Of a DNA stretch of 64,000 bases, positions 38,800 through 49,238 are shown piece after piece. This DNA comes from a candidate division FCPU426 bacterium (lineage in GTDB: Bacteria; Oederibacteriota; Muellerivitia; Muellerivitales; Muellerivitaceae). A program made the translations under genes and the position numbers. Numbering within the stretch: position 1 is the stretch's first letter; each line of letters begins with the position of its first letter. The notes below the pieces were generated by a model, which worked only from the letters and a program-made list of their open reading frames with translations, had not been told where the DNA came from and made no database searches. Location of the stretch: positions 10,006 through 74,005 of the forward strand of contig CAVRAL010000002.1 in NCBI GenBank assembly GCA_963719085.1. Reading direction: 5' to 3'.

Positions 38800-40104
38800 T
38801 TAAAAAGCCGCGACCGCGCCCCGGCCCATCCCATAATAGGCGAAACCCTTCTCCGCCATTTCCCGGGCTTCATACATATTCCGTCCGTCAACCACCACGG
38901 CTCCCCGAACAAGTGATTTCAATTTGGAAAAATCAATTTGTTTAAACTCATTCCAGTCGGTTAAAAGTAAAACCGCGTCCGTCCCTTGGGCGGCCTCATA
39001 AGCGTCCTTACAAAACCGGGCTTTCTTAAAAAGAAGCCTAGCCTTCGGCATGGAAGCCGGATCATAGACCCGCACCTTCGCGCCCTTGGCTAAAAGCGCC
39101 GGAATAATGGTGAGGGAAGGGGCTTCCCGCAAATCATCCGTGTTAGGCTTGAAGGAAAGCCCCCAAACCGCGAAGGTTTTTCCCTTCAAGGGCCCCGCCG
39201 CTTGGGCGACTTTTTTCAAAAAGTAATGCCTTTGATATTGATTGATTTCCAATACCTTCGGAAGCATTTGAAAAGAATAGTGGTTGTTTTTCCCGATCTG
39301 GACCAACGCCGAGACATCCTTGGGAAAACAGCTTCCGCCGAACCCAAGCCCGGCGTTCAAGAACTGGCCCCCAATGCGGCTGTCGTAGCTCATCCCTTTG
39401 GTGACCTGCAGGATATCCGCGCCGACCTGATCGCACAAGTTGGCGATCTCGTTGACGAAGGATATCTTGGCGGCCAAAAAAGCGTTGGAGGCGTATTTGA
39501 TCATCTCCGCGCTTTTCAGGTCCGTGATCAGGATGGGACATTGAAGCGGTTTATAAATTTCAGCCACCTTTTGGGCGGCGGACTCGCGGGTCGCCCCAAT
39601 GACCACGCGCTCCGGATGAAGCAGGTCGGAAACCGCGGACCCTTCCCTCAAAAACTCAGGGTTGGAAACCACGTCGAAAGCCACGTCCGGGGGACCGTGC
39701 TTGATGATGATCTGGGTGACGATATCGCCCATGCCGATGGGCACCGTGCTTTTATTGATGATGATTTTATAGCGGTTGATGCACTTGGCGATGCTCATGG
39801 CCACAGCTTTGACGTTGGTAATATCCGCTTCCCCCTGCTTATTGGGCGGGGTGTCGACCGCGATAAAAATAAAATCAGCGTCCTGGACGGCCTTGGCCAG
39901 ATCGGTGGTGAAAAAAAGCCGTGAATCCTTATTGCGCCGGACCACATCCTCCAACCCCGGCTCAAAAATAGGGACGACGCCTTTTTTAAGCTCCGCGACC
40001 TTTTTTTTGTTCACATCCACGCAAGTGACGACGTTCCCCAAATCCGCGAAACAGGATCCGGTGACCAATCCCACATAACCTGTGCCAACGACCGCGATTT
40101 TCAT
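38800..40104 (-). CDS. ugd: UDP-glucose/GDP-mannose 6-dehydrogenase
   Basis: GTGYVG, KSTVP, NPEFLREG, GFGGSCFPKD, FKPNTDD.R. Confidence 0.95.
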   Translation of the reverse strand: MKIAVVGTGYVGLVTGSCFADLGNVVTCVDVNKKKVAELKKGVVPIFEPGLEDVVRRNKDSRLFFTTDLAKAVQDADFIFIAVDTPPNKQGEADITNVKAVAMSIAKCINRYKIIINKSTVPIGMGDIVTQIIIKHGPPDVAFDVVSNPEFLREGSAVSDLLHPERVVIGATRESAAQKVAEIYKPLQCPILITDLKSAEMIKYASNAFLAAKISFVNEIANLCDQVGADILQVTKGMSYDSRIGGQFLNAGLGFGGSCFPKDVSALVQIGKNNHYSFQMLPKVLEINQYQRHYFLKKVAQAAGPLKGKTFAVWGLSFKPNTDDLREAPSLTIIPALLAKGAKVRVYDPASMPKARLLFKKARFCKDAYEAAQGTDAVLLLTDWNEFKQIDFSKLKSLVRGAVVVDGRNMYEAREMAEKGFAYYGMGRGAVAAF

Positions 40105-40140
40105 GGATTTCCAACTCCGAAAAGGATTGCCGAACTAATT

Positions 40141-40170
40141 AAAAAACCGGGGCAGAAATGCCCCGGTTTT
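40141..40170 (-). terminator. Intrinsic terminator after the ABC ATPase gene
   Basis: AAAACCGGGGCA/TGCCCCGGTTTT hairpin with a T tail. Confidence 0.85.
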
Positions 40171-40210
40171 AAAGTCTGTTGCCTGCTCGCGCCCCAAAAG
40201 CCCTCCCAAA

Positions 40211-41317
40211 TTAATTGGTCAGGCACTTTTCCGTTTCTTTATCGAAAATGTGGGCCTTCTGCATGTTGAAAACCAGCTCAATGTCTTGGTTGATCTCGAT
40301 CTGGTCGTGGTTGCTCACCCGCGCGATGAAGGGGCTTTTGCCCGTCGTTAGGTACAGGTAGGCTTCCGCGCCCAGGGGCTCGATAATCTCCACGGTGGCG
40401 CTGATGGTATTGTCCGGCGAGGCGTTGGCCGCGTCCATTTTGTCGTGGATATCCTCAGGGCGGATCCCCAGGATCACTTCCCGGCCCACATGGCCTTCGA
40501 CTTGCACGTTGAATTGGTCCGGCAACTTGATTTCAAAATTTTCCTCGTTGAAATAAATGCCGGTTCGCTTCTTGTTCAAGGTCCCTTCCATGAAATTCAT
40601 GGAGGGGGTTCCGATAAAGCCCGCCACGAATTTATTCACGGGTTTCTCGTAAAGGGTGATGGGCTCGGCGATTTGCTGCACGAATCCGTCCTTCATGACC
40701 GCGATCCGGTCGCCCATGGTCATGGCCTCAAGCTGATCATGCGTGACATAGATCATGGTCGCCTGCAGGCGGGTATGAAGCTTGGAAATTTCGGCGCGCA
40801 TCTGCACCCGGAGTTTGGCGTCCAAGTTGGAAAGCGGTTCGTCAAAGAGGAACACCTTGGGTTTGCGCACGATCGCCCGGCCTAAAGCCACGCGTTGGCG
40901 CTGACCACCGGAAAGCTCCTTGGGACGGCGGGCCAAAAGTTCCTGGATGCCCAGGATGTTGGCGGCCTCATGGACCCGTTGCTTGATTTCTTCTTTCGGG
41001 TATTTACGCAGTTTCAAACCGAAGGCCATATTCTCAAAAACCGTCATATGGGGATAAAGGGCGTAATTCTGGAACACCATGGCGATGTCCCGGTCCTTGG
41101 GGGGAACGTCATTCACCAATACATCGTCGATGCGGATTTCACCGCCCGACAACTCTTCCAATCCGGCCACCATGCGAAGGGTCGTGGATTTCCCGCAACC
41201 CGAGGGGCCGACCAGGATCAAAAATTCCTTGTCCGCGATCTCGATATTGACGTTATTGACCGCCACCACATTGTTGCCATAGACCTTGTTCACGTTCTTC
41301 AAAATGACCTTGGCCAT
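40211..41317 (-). CDS. Carbohydrate ABC transporter ATP-binding protein (MalK/UgpC/MsmX family)
   Basis: GPSGCGKST, VFQNYALYPH, LSGGQRQR, DEPLSNLD, GIRPE, TOBE domain. Confidence 0.95.
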   Translation of the reverse strand: MAKVILKNVNKVYGNNVVAVNNVNIEIADKEFLILVGPSGCGKSTTLRMVAGLEELSGGEIRIDDVLVNDVPPKDRDIAMVFQNYALYPHMTVFENMAFGLKLRKYPKEEIKQRVHEAANILGIQELLARRPKELSGGQRQRVALGRAIVRKPKVFLFDEPLSNLDAKLRVQMRAEISKLHTRLQATMIYVTHDQLEAMTMGDRIAVMKDGFVQQIAEPITLYEKPVNKFVAGFIGTPSMNFMEGTLNKKRTGIYFNEENFEIKLPDQFNVQVEGHVGREVILGIRPEDIHDKMDAANASPDNTISATVEIIEPLGAEAYLYLTTGKSPFIARVSNHDQIEINQDIELVFNMQKAHIFDKETEKCLTN

Positions 41318-41505
41318 TTTCCCGCCTCCGTGCGTGGAACCGATCCGTCCTTAAAAGGATAGGGCCAGTCCCGTATTTCACCTCCGGCGCTCACATCCTC
41401 CGGCAGGCTCAAAAAAGCATCGTTATTTAAACATTGAACCCAGGCACTGTCAACGAACAAGGCCCCGGTCTAAATAAGGCAGGCGCTTAATAAGCGGTCC
41501 CAAGA

Positions 41506-42792
41506 CTATATTTTTTCCAATCCCCGCAAACCCACTAGTTCCCTTCGGCAATCCCCCAGTAAATAAAGCGAGCCCGTGATCAGCAATCCCGAATTTTTCG
41601 TGATTTTTCCGGCGGATAATGCCAAGGCCTTTTTCCAATCTTGAACCATCAAAACCCGCGCCCCGGTTTTTTCCCACGCGCGGAAAACCCGCTCTCCCCG
41701 CTCGGCCCTTTCATGAGCCGGCTCCGTTACCACTGAAACCGCGGTCAAGGGCGCGAGTAATCGAACACAGGTTTTATAATCTTTGTCCTTCAAAAATCCG
41801 TTCAAAACCACCCAACGCCGTTTGGGATAGCCGCTCAAAAGCGAATTTACCAAAACCCGAGTAGCCTCGGGGTTATGCGCCCCATCCATTACCAGCAAAG
41901 GTTTGGAGGATAGCGCTTCCAGTCGTCCCGGCCAACGCGCCGCCTGAAGCGCTTTTTCCATTCCCGTTTCAGCCAAGGTCAATCCCTTGGCGCCCAAAAG
42001 TTGAAATCCCGCGACAGCCAAGGCCGCGTTCGCCATTTGATAACCCGCCATGTGAGGCATCCGGAACTCTTTTTTAAGTCCGGGCCCTTCCCACGCGAAA
42101 CCACCGGCGGTTTTAGAAAAATGAAACTCTTTTCCCGCGCGCCAAAGAAGCGCTCCCGCTTTTCGAGCCGTGGTTTCGATGGCCCTTAAAGCTTCCGGGT
42201 GGTTTTGCGCGGTCGCCGCCAACCCGCCGGATTTAAGAATGCCCGCTTTTTCCCAGGCGATCTTGGACAAGGTTTTTCCTAAAATATCCTGATGCTCCAA
42301 CCCAACGGGCGTGATCAGGGCGGCTTCCGGCGTTGGTATCACATTGGTCGCGTCCAGACGTCCGCCAAGCCCCACTTCTAAAACCACCCAATCGGTTTTT
42401 CTCGCTTTAAACCAAAGGAAAGCCACGGCCGTGAGGGCCTCAAAATGGGTGGGGGAATGGCCGAGCTTTCGGCGAACTTGAAAACAAGCCTGAAGAACCT
42501 GCCGGCTGAGGCGGCTCAGTTCAGCGGCGGAAATCCAGGCTCCGTTCACGCGGAATCTTTCACGCAAGTCGCTTAAATGGGGAGAGGTATAAAGGCCCAC
42601 ACGGGCGCCGGTTTGCTTTAAGAGGGAGGCTAAAAAAGCGCAAGTGGAACCTTTTCCGTTGGAACCGGCCACATGGACAAAGCGGAGCGAAAGATGGGGA
42701 TCGCCCAATTTCTGAAGCAGGGCCCGCATGGAGTCCAAGCCAAACCGCCATCCAAAACGTTCCAGCGAATCCAATCCGGTCCTGCGGGTCAT
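41506..42792 (-). CDS. folC: Folylpolyglutamate synthase/dihydrofolate synthase
   Basis: AGSNGKGS, YTSPHL, EVGLGGRLDATN, WPGR, DGAHN, GSLYL. Confidence 0.95.
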   Translation of the reverse strand: MTRRTGLDSLERFGWRFGLDSMRALLQKLGDPHLSLRFVHVAGSNGKGSTCAFLASLLKQTGARVGLYTSPHLSDLRERFRVNGAWISAAELSRLSRQVLQACFQVRRKLGHSPTHFEALTAVAFLWFKARKTDWVVLEVGLGGRLDATNVIPTPEAALITPVGLEHQDILGKTLSKIAWEKAGILKSGGLAATAQNHPEALRAIETTARKAGALLWRAGKEFHFSKTAGGFAWEGPGLKKEFRMPHMAGYQMANAALAVAGFQLLGAKGLTLAETGMEKALQAARWPGRLEALSSKPLLVMDGAHNPEATRVLVNSLLSGYPKRRWVVLNGFLKDKDYKTCVRLLAPLTAVSVVTEPAHERAERGERVFRAWEKTGARVLMVQDWKKALALSAGKITKNSGLLITGSLYLLGDCRRELVGLRGLEKI

Positions 42793-42902
42793 GGGAGTCC
42801 TCGTTCAACCAAAACCAACCGCTCACGAAAAGACGTCCCGCCGGCCAAGAGCCAATCTTGCGGGACAAGCACCTTCTTCCTTAACTTTTTCATGGCGAGA
42901 AG

Positions 42903-42990
42903 GCGCGCCAAAACGCCAAGAGCGTCAAAGACAAAATTTTGGGGGAAACCGTGTTAAGTATTTTGCCCTTCTTGGCGTCTTTGCGCGGAC
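42903..42990. repeat. Degenerate CGCCAAG-family inverted-repeat element
   Basis: GCGCGCCAAAACGCCAAGAG...CTTCTTGGCGTCTTTGCGC between accD and folC. Confidence 0.65.
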
Positions 42991-43004
42991 TTTTTGCGTT
43001 GATT

Positions 43005-43847
43005 CTAAGATTTAAAAAACTTCAAGTACTTGCCCAGGGTGGCTTTTAGCTCATGCCGGGAAACAATCGCGTCCACGAAACCGTGTTCCACCAGGAACTC
43101 TGAGCGTTGGAAGCCCTTCGGCAGTTTTTGCCGGATCGTCTGTTCAATGACCCGGGGCCCCGCGAACCCGATCATGGCGCCCGGTTCCGCCAGGTTCACG
43201 TCCCCCAACATGCCGAAAGAAGCGGCTACACCGCCCGCGGTCGGATCAGTCAAAACCGATATATAGGGAAGATGGGCCTCTCCCAACCGGGCCAAGGCCG
43301 CTGAAATTTTCGCCATTTGCATTAATGAAAAAATACCTTCCTGCATCCGGGCGCCGCCGCCGGAGGCGGAAACGATGACCATGCCCACTTTCTTTTGCAC
43401 GGCCCGCTCCACGGCCCGGGTGATCTTTTCCCCCACCACGCTGCCCATACTGCCGCCCATAAATTGAAAATCCGTGATGGCGACGGAGGCCGGCTGGCCC
43501 TGAATCTTACCCAGACCCGTAATCACGGCTTCGGGCATCTTGGTCTTATCCTGCCCCCGTTTCAATTTATCGGCGTAATCAGGAAAATCCAGGGGGTTGC
43601 CCGGAACCAAATTCTCGTCAAATTCCACAAAGCTTCCCGAATCCATCGTCAAATAAAGCCGCTCCAGGGCGGACAACTGGTTGTGATAGCCGCATTTGGG
43701 ACAGACCTTTTGGTTTTTATCCAGGTCCTTGTTGTAAAGAACCGCCGAGCAAGACTTACATTTGGTGTAAAGGCCTTGGGGAATCTGGACTAATTTTTTC
43801 CCTTGGGTTTTGGAAATGACGCTCTTGGGTTTTTTATACCAGGCCAC
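43005..43847 (-). CDS. accD: Acetyl-CoA carboxylase carboxyltransferase beta subunit
   Basis: Zinc ribbon CKSC...CPKC, GGSMG, GARMQEG, FAGPRVIEQT. Confidence 0.97.
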   Translation of the reverse strand: MAWYKKPKSVISKTQGKKLVQIPQGLYTKCKSCSAVLYNKDLDKNQKVCPKCGYHNQLSALERLYLTMDSGSFVEFDENLVPGNPLDFPDYADKLKRGQDKTKMPEAVITGLGKIQGQPASVAITDFQFMGGSMGSVVGEKITRAVERAVQKKVGMVIVSASGGGARMQEGIFSLMQMAKISAALARLGEAHLPYISVLTDPTAGGVAASFGMLGDVNLAEPGAMIGFAGPRVIEQTIRQKLPKGFQRSEFLVEHGFVDAIVSRHELKATLGKYLKFFKS

Positions 43848-43880
43848 AATCGGCTCCTTTTACGCCTCTTCGAGAATTTT

Positions 43881-44681
43881 TCAGCGGGACAGCGCCTTCA
43901 CGATTTCAGCGCAGTACCGCCCGACCTTCGCCGCGATCTTCGAACCCGGAGTCTTGGAAATCAGTTGAATCAGGGCGCTCGCGATAATAACGCCATCCGC
44001 GGCTTTCCCGACCTGGGCGGCCTGTTCCTTATTGGAAATGCCAAACCCCACCACCACGGGGGTTTTCAACCGGACCCTTAAGCCTCGAAGCGACGCCAAT
44101 AAGCCGTGCGCCAAAGACTTACGGGCTCCGGTCACGCCGGTCAGGGACACATAATACAAAAAAGGAGCTCCCTGGGCATCGACCTTTTGAACCCGCTCAG
44201 GGCTTGAAGTGGGAGCCAAGAAAGGAATCAGGGAAAGTCCCCGGTTCTTCAGGAAAAAATTACACTCCTCGAACTTTTCCAAGGGCAAATCAGGCACAAT
44301 CGCCCCATCCCCTCCGGCTTGGGCCAAGCGGCGGCCGAAGGTTTCCCACCCCATTTGCTCGATGGGGTTTAAATAAGTCATGACCAAAAGCGGCTGGATA
44401 AAACCCTTACGCCGCAGGTCCGCGATCAATTGAAAGGCCTGATCCACATGGGCCCCGTGTTCCAACGCGTACTGGGTCGCCATCTGAAGGGTGGGACCAT
44501 CCGCGATGGGATCGGAAAAAGGAACTCCCAATTCCAGCGCCGCCGCCCCGGACTTTAAGGCCGCTTCCGCCACTTTCAGCGACACCGCGTAGCTGGGATA
44601 TCCGATACAGACATAAGGAAGAAAAAGGGATTTTTTGCGGCGGCGAGCGGCCTGGAAAATTTGCCGAAGATGTTGGCTCAC
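43881..44681 (-). CDS. trpA: Tryptophan synthase alpha chain
   Basis: ELGVPFSDPIADGPT, PDLP, GVTG, VGFGIS; start placed at GTG 44681. Confidence 0.95.
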   Translation of the reverse strand: MSQHLRQIFQAARRRKKSLFLPYVCIGYPSYAVSLKVAEAALKSGAAALELGVPFSDPIADGPTLQMATQYALEHGAHVDQAFQLIADLRRKGFIQPLLVMTYLNPIEQMGWETFGRRLAQAGGDGAIVPDLPLEKFEECNFFLKNRGLSLIPFLAPTSSPERVQKVDAQGAPFLYYVSLTGVTGARKSLAHGLLASLRGLRVRLKTPVVVGFGISNKEQAAQVGKAADGVIIASALIQLISKTPGSKIAAKVGRYCAEIVKALSR

Positions 44682-44691
44682 GGGTGGACTC

Positions 44692-45915
44692 TCAATGGGA
44701 CTTTTTAAGGGCCGAGGGGCCCAGCTTTTCAAGGATGGTGTTCACGTCTTTATCGCCCCGGCCCGATAAGTTCACCACAATCGTTGAGCTTTTAGGCATT
44801 CGCGGCGCCAATTTCATCGCGTAATAAACCGCGTGGGAACTTTCCAAGGCCGCCAATATCCCCTCATGCCGGGCCAAGGCTTGAAAAGCTTCCAAAGCGT
44901 TTGCGTCCGTGGCCGAAACATAAACGGCTCGTTGAGTGTCCCGCAGATAACTGTGCTCGGGGCCCACGCCCGGATAATCGAGCCCGGCGGAAATCGAGTG
45001 AGTCTCGGCGATCTGGCCTTCCTTGGTCTGAAGCACATAACTGCGGCTTCCGTGCAGGATGCCGGGCCTTCCCTTGATCATGGTAGCCGCCGTACGGGCG
45101 GTATTCACGCCGTCGCCCGCCGCTTCCACCCCGTAAAGCTTGACCGATCGATCTTTGAGGAACGGGTAAAAGAGCCCAATGGCGTTGGAGCCGCCGTTCA
45201 CGCAGGCGACCAAGGCACCCGGGAGCTTTCCTTCCGCCTTCCTCATTTGTCCCCGAACTTCTTCGCCAATCACTTTCTGGAAGTCCCGAACCATGGCCGG
45301 ATAAGGATGGGGCCCCGCCGCCGACCCGATCAAGTAATAGGTGGTGCGGACATTGGTCACCCAGTCGCGCAAGGCCTCGCTCATGGCGTCTTTAAGTGTA
45401 CGGGTTCCCGATTTCACCGGGTGCACTTTGGCCCCCAGCAATTTCATCCGAAAAACATTCAGGGCCTGCCGCTCCACGTCCACTTCCCCCATGAAAACCT
45501 CGCACTCGAGCCCAAAAAGGGCGCAGACCGTCGCCGTGGCCACGCCATGCTGGCCCGCGCCGGTCTCGGCGATAACCCGTTTCTTCCCCATCCGCTTCGC
45601 CAATAATATTTGGCCCAAACAATTGTTGATCTTGTGGGAACCCGTGTGATTCAGGTCCTCGCGCTTCAAATAAATTTTGGCGCCCTTCAATTGGCGGGTT
45701 AGGTTGGCGGCTAAGGTCAGCGGGGTAGGCCTTCCGCTATATTCGGTCAAATATTGGCGGAGTTCTTTTTTAAAGCGGGGATCCCGCCGCGCGGCCGCGT
45801 AGGCGGCCGTCAGCTCGCGCAAGGCGACCATAAGGGTTTCGGGCACATATTGGCCGCCGTAAGGGCCGAAATAACCGGCCGCGTTTGGAAGTGGTTTGGT
45901 TTTTCCGGAAGCCAT
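44692..45915 (-). CDS. trpB: Tryptophan synthase beta chain
   Basis: [40 protein letters not shown]. Confidence 0.98.
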   Translation of the reverse strand: MASGKTKPLPNAAGYFGPYGGQYVPETLMVALRELTAAYAAARRDPRFKKELRQYLTEYSGRPTPLTLAANLTRQLKGAKIYLKREDLNHTGSHKINNCLGQILLAKRMGKKRVIAETGAGQHGVATATVCALFGLECEVFMGEVDVERQALNVFRMKLLGAKVHPVKSGTRTLKDAMSEALRDWVTNVRTTYYLIGSAAGPHPYPAMVRDFQKVIGEEVRGQMRKAEGKLPGALVACVNGGSNAIGLFYPFLKDRSVKLYGVEAAGDGVNTARTAATMIKGRPGILHGSRSYVLQTKEGQIAETHSISAGLDYPGVGPEHSYLRDTQRAVYVSATDANALEAFQALARHEGILAALESSHAVYYAMKLAPRMPKSSTIVVNLSGRGDKDVNTILEKLGPSALKKSH

Positions 45916-46075
45916 CGCGAGGTGTTTCCTTTACGAGAATGGGGGACAGATTAACCGCATCAAGACCCAAAAGGCAAAAAAATTAACGCGGGCATTCCCC
46001 GGCTCTTGAAATGCTTTTATAAATCGGCGTTTTTCTTTTGGGTTGCCTTGGTTTTTCACATTAAAAACCAAAAGC

Positions 46076-46639
46076 TCAAAGGGCCGAGGGCGACTCGCTC
46101 TTGATCTTTTCGAGCTTTTCCTTGGCGCCGGCGTTTTCCGGATCCAAGGCTAAGGCGTTTTTGTACTCGACTTCGGCCTTGTCCACGTAGTCTTGTTGGT
46201 TGTAAAGATCACCCAATCGCACGGAGCAGGAAACCGCCAGCTCACGCTGGTTATGCCGCTGATACAGGTCGCGTAAATTGATAAGCGATTCGATGGCTTC
46301 GGGCAGTTTCAATAGGATGTCCTTGTAAAGAAGGACGGCCTTTTCGGTATCCTGGGGCTCCACGATTTTTTGGATGAGATGGGCCAATTCGCGAAAAGCC
46401 GCCAGGGCCTTTTTATGGTTTTTCTCGTTTAAAAATCCATTGGCGGCGGTTTCAAATTCACGGTAAGCCCGCTCGAGATCGCCCTTTTTCAGGTAAAGCT
46501 CGCCCACAGTCACCCGGACGTTAAAGTCATTGGGATCAAGCGCGATAATCTTTTGATACTCCACAATAGCCTTATCCCAACTGCCGGTATGGTAGTAGAT
46601 ATGGGCGAGTTTAATAATCAGGGATTTCTGGTCGGCCAA
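46076..46639 (-). CDS. Cytoplasmic tetratricopeptide repeat protein inside the trp operon
   Basis: TPR motifs (AIVEYQKIIALDP, GELYLKKGD, LGDLY...ALALDP); TTG start. Confidence 0.82.
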   Translation of the reverse strand: MADQKSLIIKLAHIYYHTGSWDKAIVEYQKIIALDPNDFNVRVTVGELYLKKGDLERAYREFETAANGFLNEKNHKKALAAFRELAHLIQKIVEPQDTEKAVLLYKDILLKLPEAIESLINLRDLYQRHNQRELAVSCSVRLGDLYNQQDYVDKAEVEYKNALALDPENAGAKEKLEKIKSESPSAL

Positions 46640-46654
46640 AGCGGACCGGTCCTT

Positions 46655-47278
46655 TCAGGCTTGAGCGGCTTTTTTAGCGCGCCGGATAAACTGCGCGACT
46701 TTCTGGGGATCTTTTCGACCGGGCAGGATCTCAACCCCGCTGGCCACATCCACTCCAAAGGGCCTCGCGGTTTGAATGGCTTGGGCGACGTTTTCCGGCG
46801 TCAACCCGCCAGCCAGCAAAACAGGGGCAGGAAGCTGGGAAATGGCTTTTCGGGCCCACTTCCAATCGAAGCGCTCGCCGGTTCCGCCTCGTTTGTCCTT
46901 ATTATAATGATCCAATAAAAAGGCCGCAACGTGAAAGCCCCGGTAAGCGTGCGGCGTGTCCGCGTCTTTCATGCGAATCGCCTTCAGCGCCGGCACGGAG
47001 ACCGCCTCACAAAACCCTTCATTCTCCTCGCCATGCAGTTGAACGGCCTGGAAACCGCAATATTTAACCAACGCTTTTACCCGGGCTAAAGGTTCGTTGA
47101 CAAAGACCCCCACCGGCGTCACGAAAGGCGGGACCAGCCGCACGAGTCGCTTGGCCTGCTCCGGCGTTATTTTGCGCGGACCTTGGGACATCTGAAACCC
47201 AATGGCGTCAGCGCCCTCACGAACGATCAACCGCGCGTCTTCGGGCCTCGTCACCCCGCAAATTTTAACCCGTACCAT
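46655..47278 (-). CDS. trpF: Phosphoribosylanthranilate isomerase
   Basis: VKICG, VQLHG.E, GGTG..FDW, LAGGL, DVASGVE. Confidence 0.96.
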   Translation of the reverse strand: MVRVKICGVTRPEDARLIVREGADAIGFQMSQGPRKITPEQAKRLVRLVPPFVTPVGVFVNEPLARVKALVKYCGFQAVQLHGEENEGFCEAVSVPALKAIRMKDADTPHAYRGFHVAAFLLDHYNKDKRGGTGERFDWKWARKAISQLPAPVLLAGGLTPENVAQAIQTARPFGVDVASGVEILPGRKDPQKVAQFIRRAKKAAQA

Positions 47279-47279
47279 T

Positions 47280-48068
47280 TTACAAATCCTCCGGAGGCAT
47301 GACGGCTTTGACCGCCGCTTCCAAATCAGGCGCCGTCATGAAGGCCTCGCCCACTAAAATCGTGGACGCGCCTTTCTCCCGAAGAAACAAAGCGTCCTCG
47401 CGGGTGAAGATGCCGCTTTCACTCACGATGGGCAACCCATGGGGGCATTTTCGGATCAACTGGACCGTCGTTTGTAGGTCCACTTTAAAATCGTTGAGAT
47501 TGCGGTTGTTGATTCCTAAAAGCTTCACATCGGCTTTCAAGGCGGTTTCCAACTCCTTCAAATCATGGACCTCCACCAAAACCGTCATGCCCAATTCCCT
47601 GGCCAATTGCTGCAATTCCTTTAATTGCTCCAACGAAAGCATGGCCACAATCAAAAGAATGGCGTCCGCTTCGGCTTCCCGGGCCTCATAGATTTGGTGT
47701 TCATCGATCAGGAAATCTTTTCGCAAAACCGGCAGGCGGGCGGAATGCTTGGCCAATTTCAAATAGGCCAAACTTCCATGAAAATAGGAAACGTCGGTCA
47801 AAACCGACAAGGCCTGAACCCCGGCCCGGGCGTAAAGAGGCGCCAATTGTTCCACGTCAAACTCAGGGCGCAGAATGCCCTTGGAGGGACTGGCCTTTTT
47901 CAACTCCCCGATGATTGAAAGCTTGTTCGGCCTTACCACAGCCTTCAGAAAATCCAAAGGCGGCGTTTGGGACAAAGCGCCTGCTTTCAAGGACGCCAAT
48001 CCCCTTTCTTTTTTCAAAAAGGCGATTTCCTCTTTTTTGGTAAGCGCTATTTTTTGAAGAATACTCAT
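47280..48068 (-). CDS. trpC: Indole-3-glycerol phosphate synthase
   Basis: ELKKASPSKG, SVLTD, LRKDF, GINNRNL, SESGI. Confidence 0.97.
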   Translation of the reverse strand: MSILQKIALTKKEEIAFLKKERGLASLKAGALSQTPPLDFLKAVVRPNKLSIIGELKKASPSKGILRPEFDVEQLAPLYARAGVQALSVLTDVSYFHGSLAYLKLAKHSARLPVLRKDFLIDEHQIYEAREAEADAILLIVAMLSLEQLKELQQLARELGMTVLVEVHDLKELETALKADVKLLGINNRNLNDFKVDLQTTVQLIRKCPHGLPIVSESGIFTREDALFLREKGASTILVGEAFMTAPDLEAAVKAVMPPEDL

Positions 48069-48145
48069 CTACTTCCCTTTTCACTTAGTCTTTATTTAGA
48101 CGCCGCCCGGCTTAGGCTTGATTCGAAAAGACCAGCTTCTATCGG

Positions 48146-49159
48146 TCAGGAATGGGACAACTTCACGAGTTTTCCGAGCGTCCCCAAGGCCTTTTTGGAA
48201 TCAATGGCTTCCTCAGCCAAGGATCGGCCTTCGGGGATGGTTTTACACTTGCCCGCCGCGTAAAAGCCAACCGCCGCGTTCATCAGCACCGCGTCCCGGT
48301 AAGGCCCCTTTTGGCCTTCCAGGATATCGGTCAGGATTTTGGCGTTGGCAGCCGCGTCCGATCCATGGATGAACTCGAGGGGTTTTCGCTCAAACTCAAA
48401 ATCCTTCGGCTCAATCGTCGAGCTTTTTACAGCGCCCATGCTCGAGTATTCCCATAAAGAAGTCGGCTCGGCGCAAGAAACCTCGTCCAACCCGTCCTGA
48501 CTGTGCAGGGTAATCACCCTTTCACTTCCGGCTTGAATCAAGACTTCGCCCATCAATTGGGCCTTAGCCTTGTCATAAACACCGATGACTTGTTTTTTAA
48601 CGGAGGCCGGATTGCACAGTGGACCCAGGATGTTAAAGAGGGTGCGGATCCCCATCTCTTTTCGAATAGTTCCCACATTTTTCATGGCCGGATGAAAATG
48701 GGGGGCGAACAAAAAGGCGATGCCCGCTTCCCGAAGACACTTTTCCAAGACCGAAGTGGTCGGATCAATTTTAACGCCCAGCGCGTCAAGCACTTCGGCG
48801 CTGCCGCATTGGCTGGAAGCCGCCCGGTTGCCGTGCTTGGCCACCGCCACACCGCCCCCGGCCAAAACCAAAGCCGAGGTCGTGGAAATATTAAAGGTTC
48901 CTTTGTGATCCCCGCCGGTTCCGCACACATCGATGGCGTCAAGATCGTCCACTTGAAGGCGCACCATCTTTTCCCGCATGGCCTTCACGCTGCCCAAAAC
49001 CTCTTCCACCGTCTCGCCTTTGGCGTTTAGGAAAGAAAGATAGGCCCCCACCTGCGCGGGGGTCGCCTTGGCTTCGAAAATCTCAAGCGCGCAATCCCAG
49101 GCTTCCGCCTCAGTGAGGGGTTCATTTTGCGATAATTTGATGATGCAGTCGCGGATCAT
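48146..49159 (-). CDS. trpD: Anthranilate phosphoribosyltransferase
   Basis: CGTGGD, FNIST, KHGNR, RTLFN.LGPL.NP, DGLDE. Confidence 0.97.
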   Translation of the reverse strand: MIRDCIIKLSQNEPLTEAEAWDCALEIFEAKATPAQVGAYLSFLNAKGETVEEVLGSVKAMREKMVRLQVDDLDAIDVCGTGGDHKGTFNISTTSALVLAGGGVAVAKHGNRAASSQCGSAEVLDALGVKIDPTTSVLEKCLREAGIAFLFAPHFHPAMKNVGTIRKEMGIRTLFNILGPLCNPASVKKQVIGVYDKAKAQLMGEVLIQAGSERVITLHSQDGLDEVSCAEPTSLWEYSSMGAVKSSTIEPKDFEFERKPLEFIHGSDAAANAKILTDILEGQKGPYRDAVLMNAAVGFYAAGKCKTIPEGRSLAEEAIDSKKALGTLGKLVKLSHS

Positions 49160-49238
49160 GGTGAGCCCTTCTTTTAAAAAATGGAACGGTTATTGTAACC
49201 GTAGCGGCTTGAAATCCAATCAAGAGATGGAACAACCG

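Noticed and set aside
49160..49238. trp attenuator or T-box upstream of trpD
   Set aside because: The gap is only 79 bp, with no Trp-rich leader peptide or T-box motif; at most a weak promoter.
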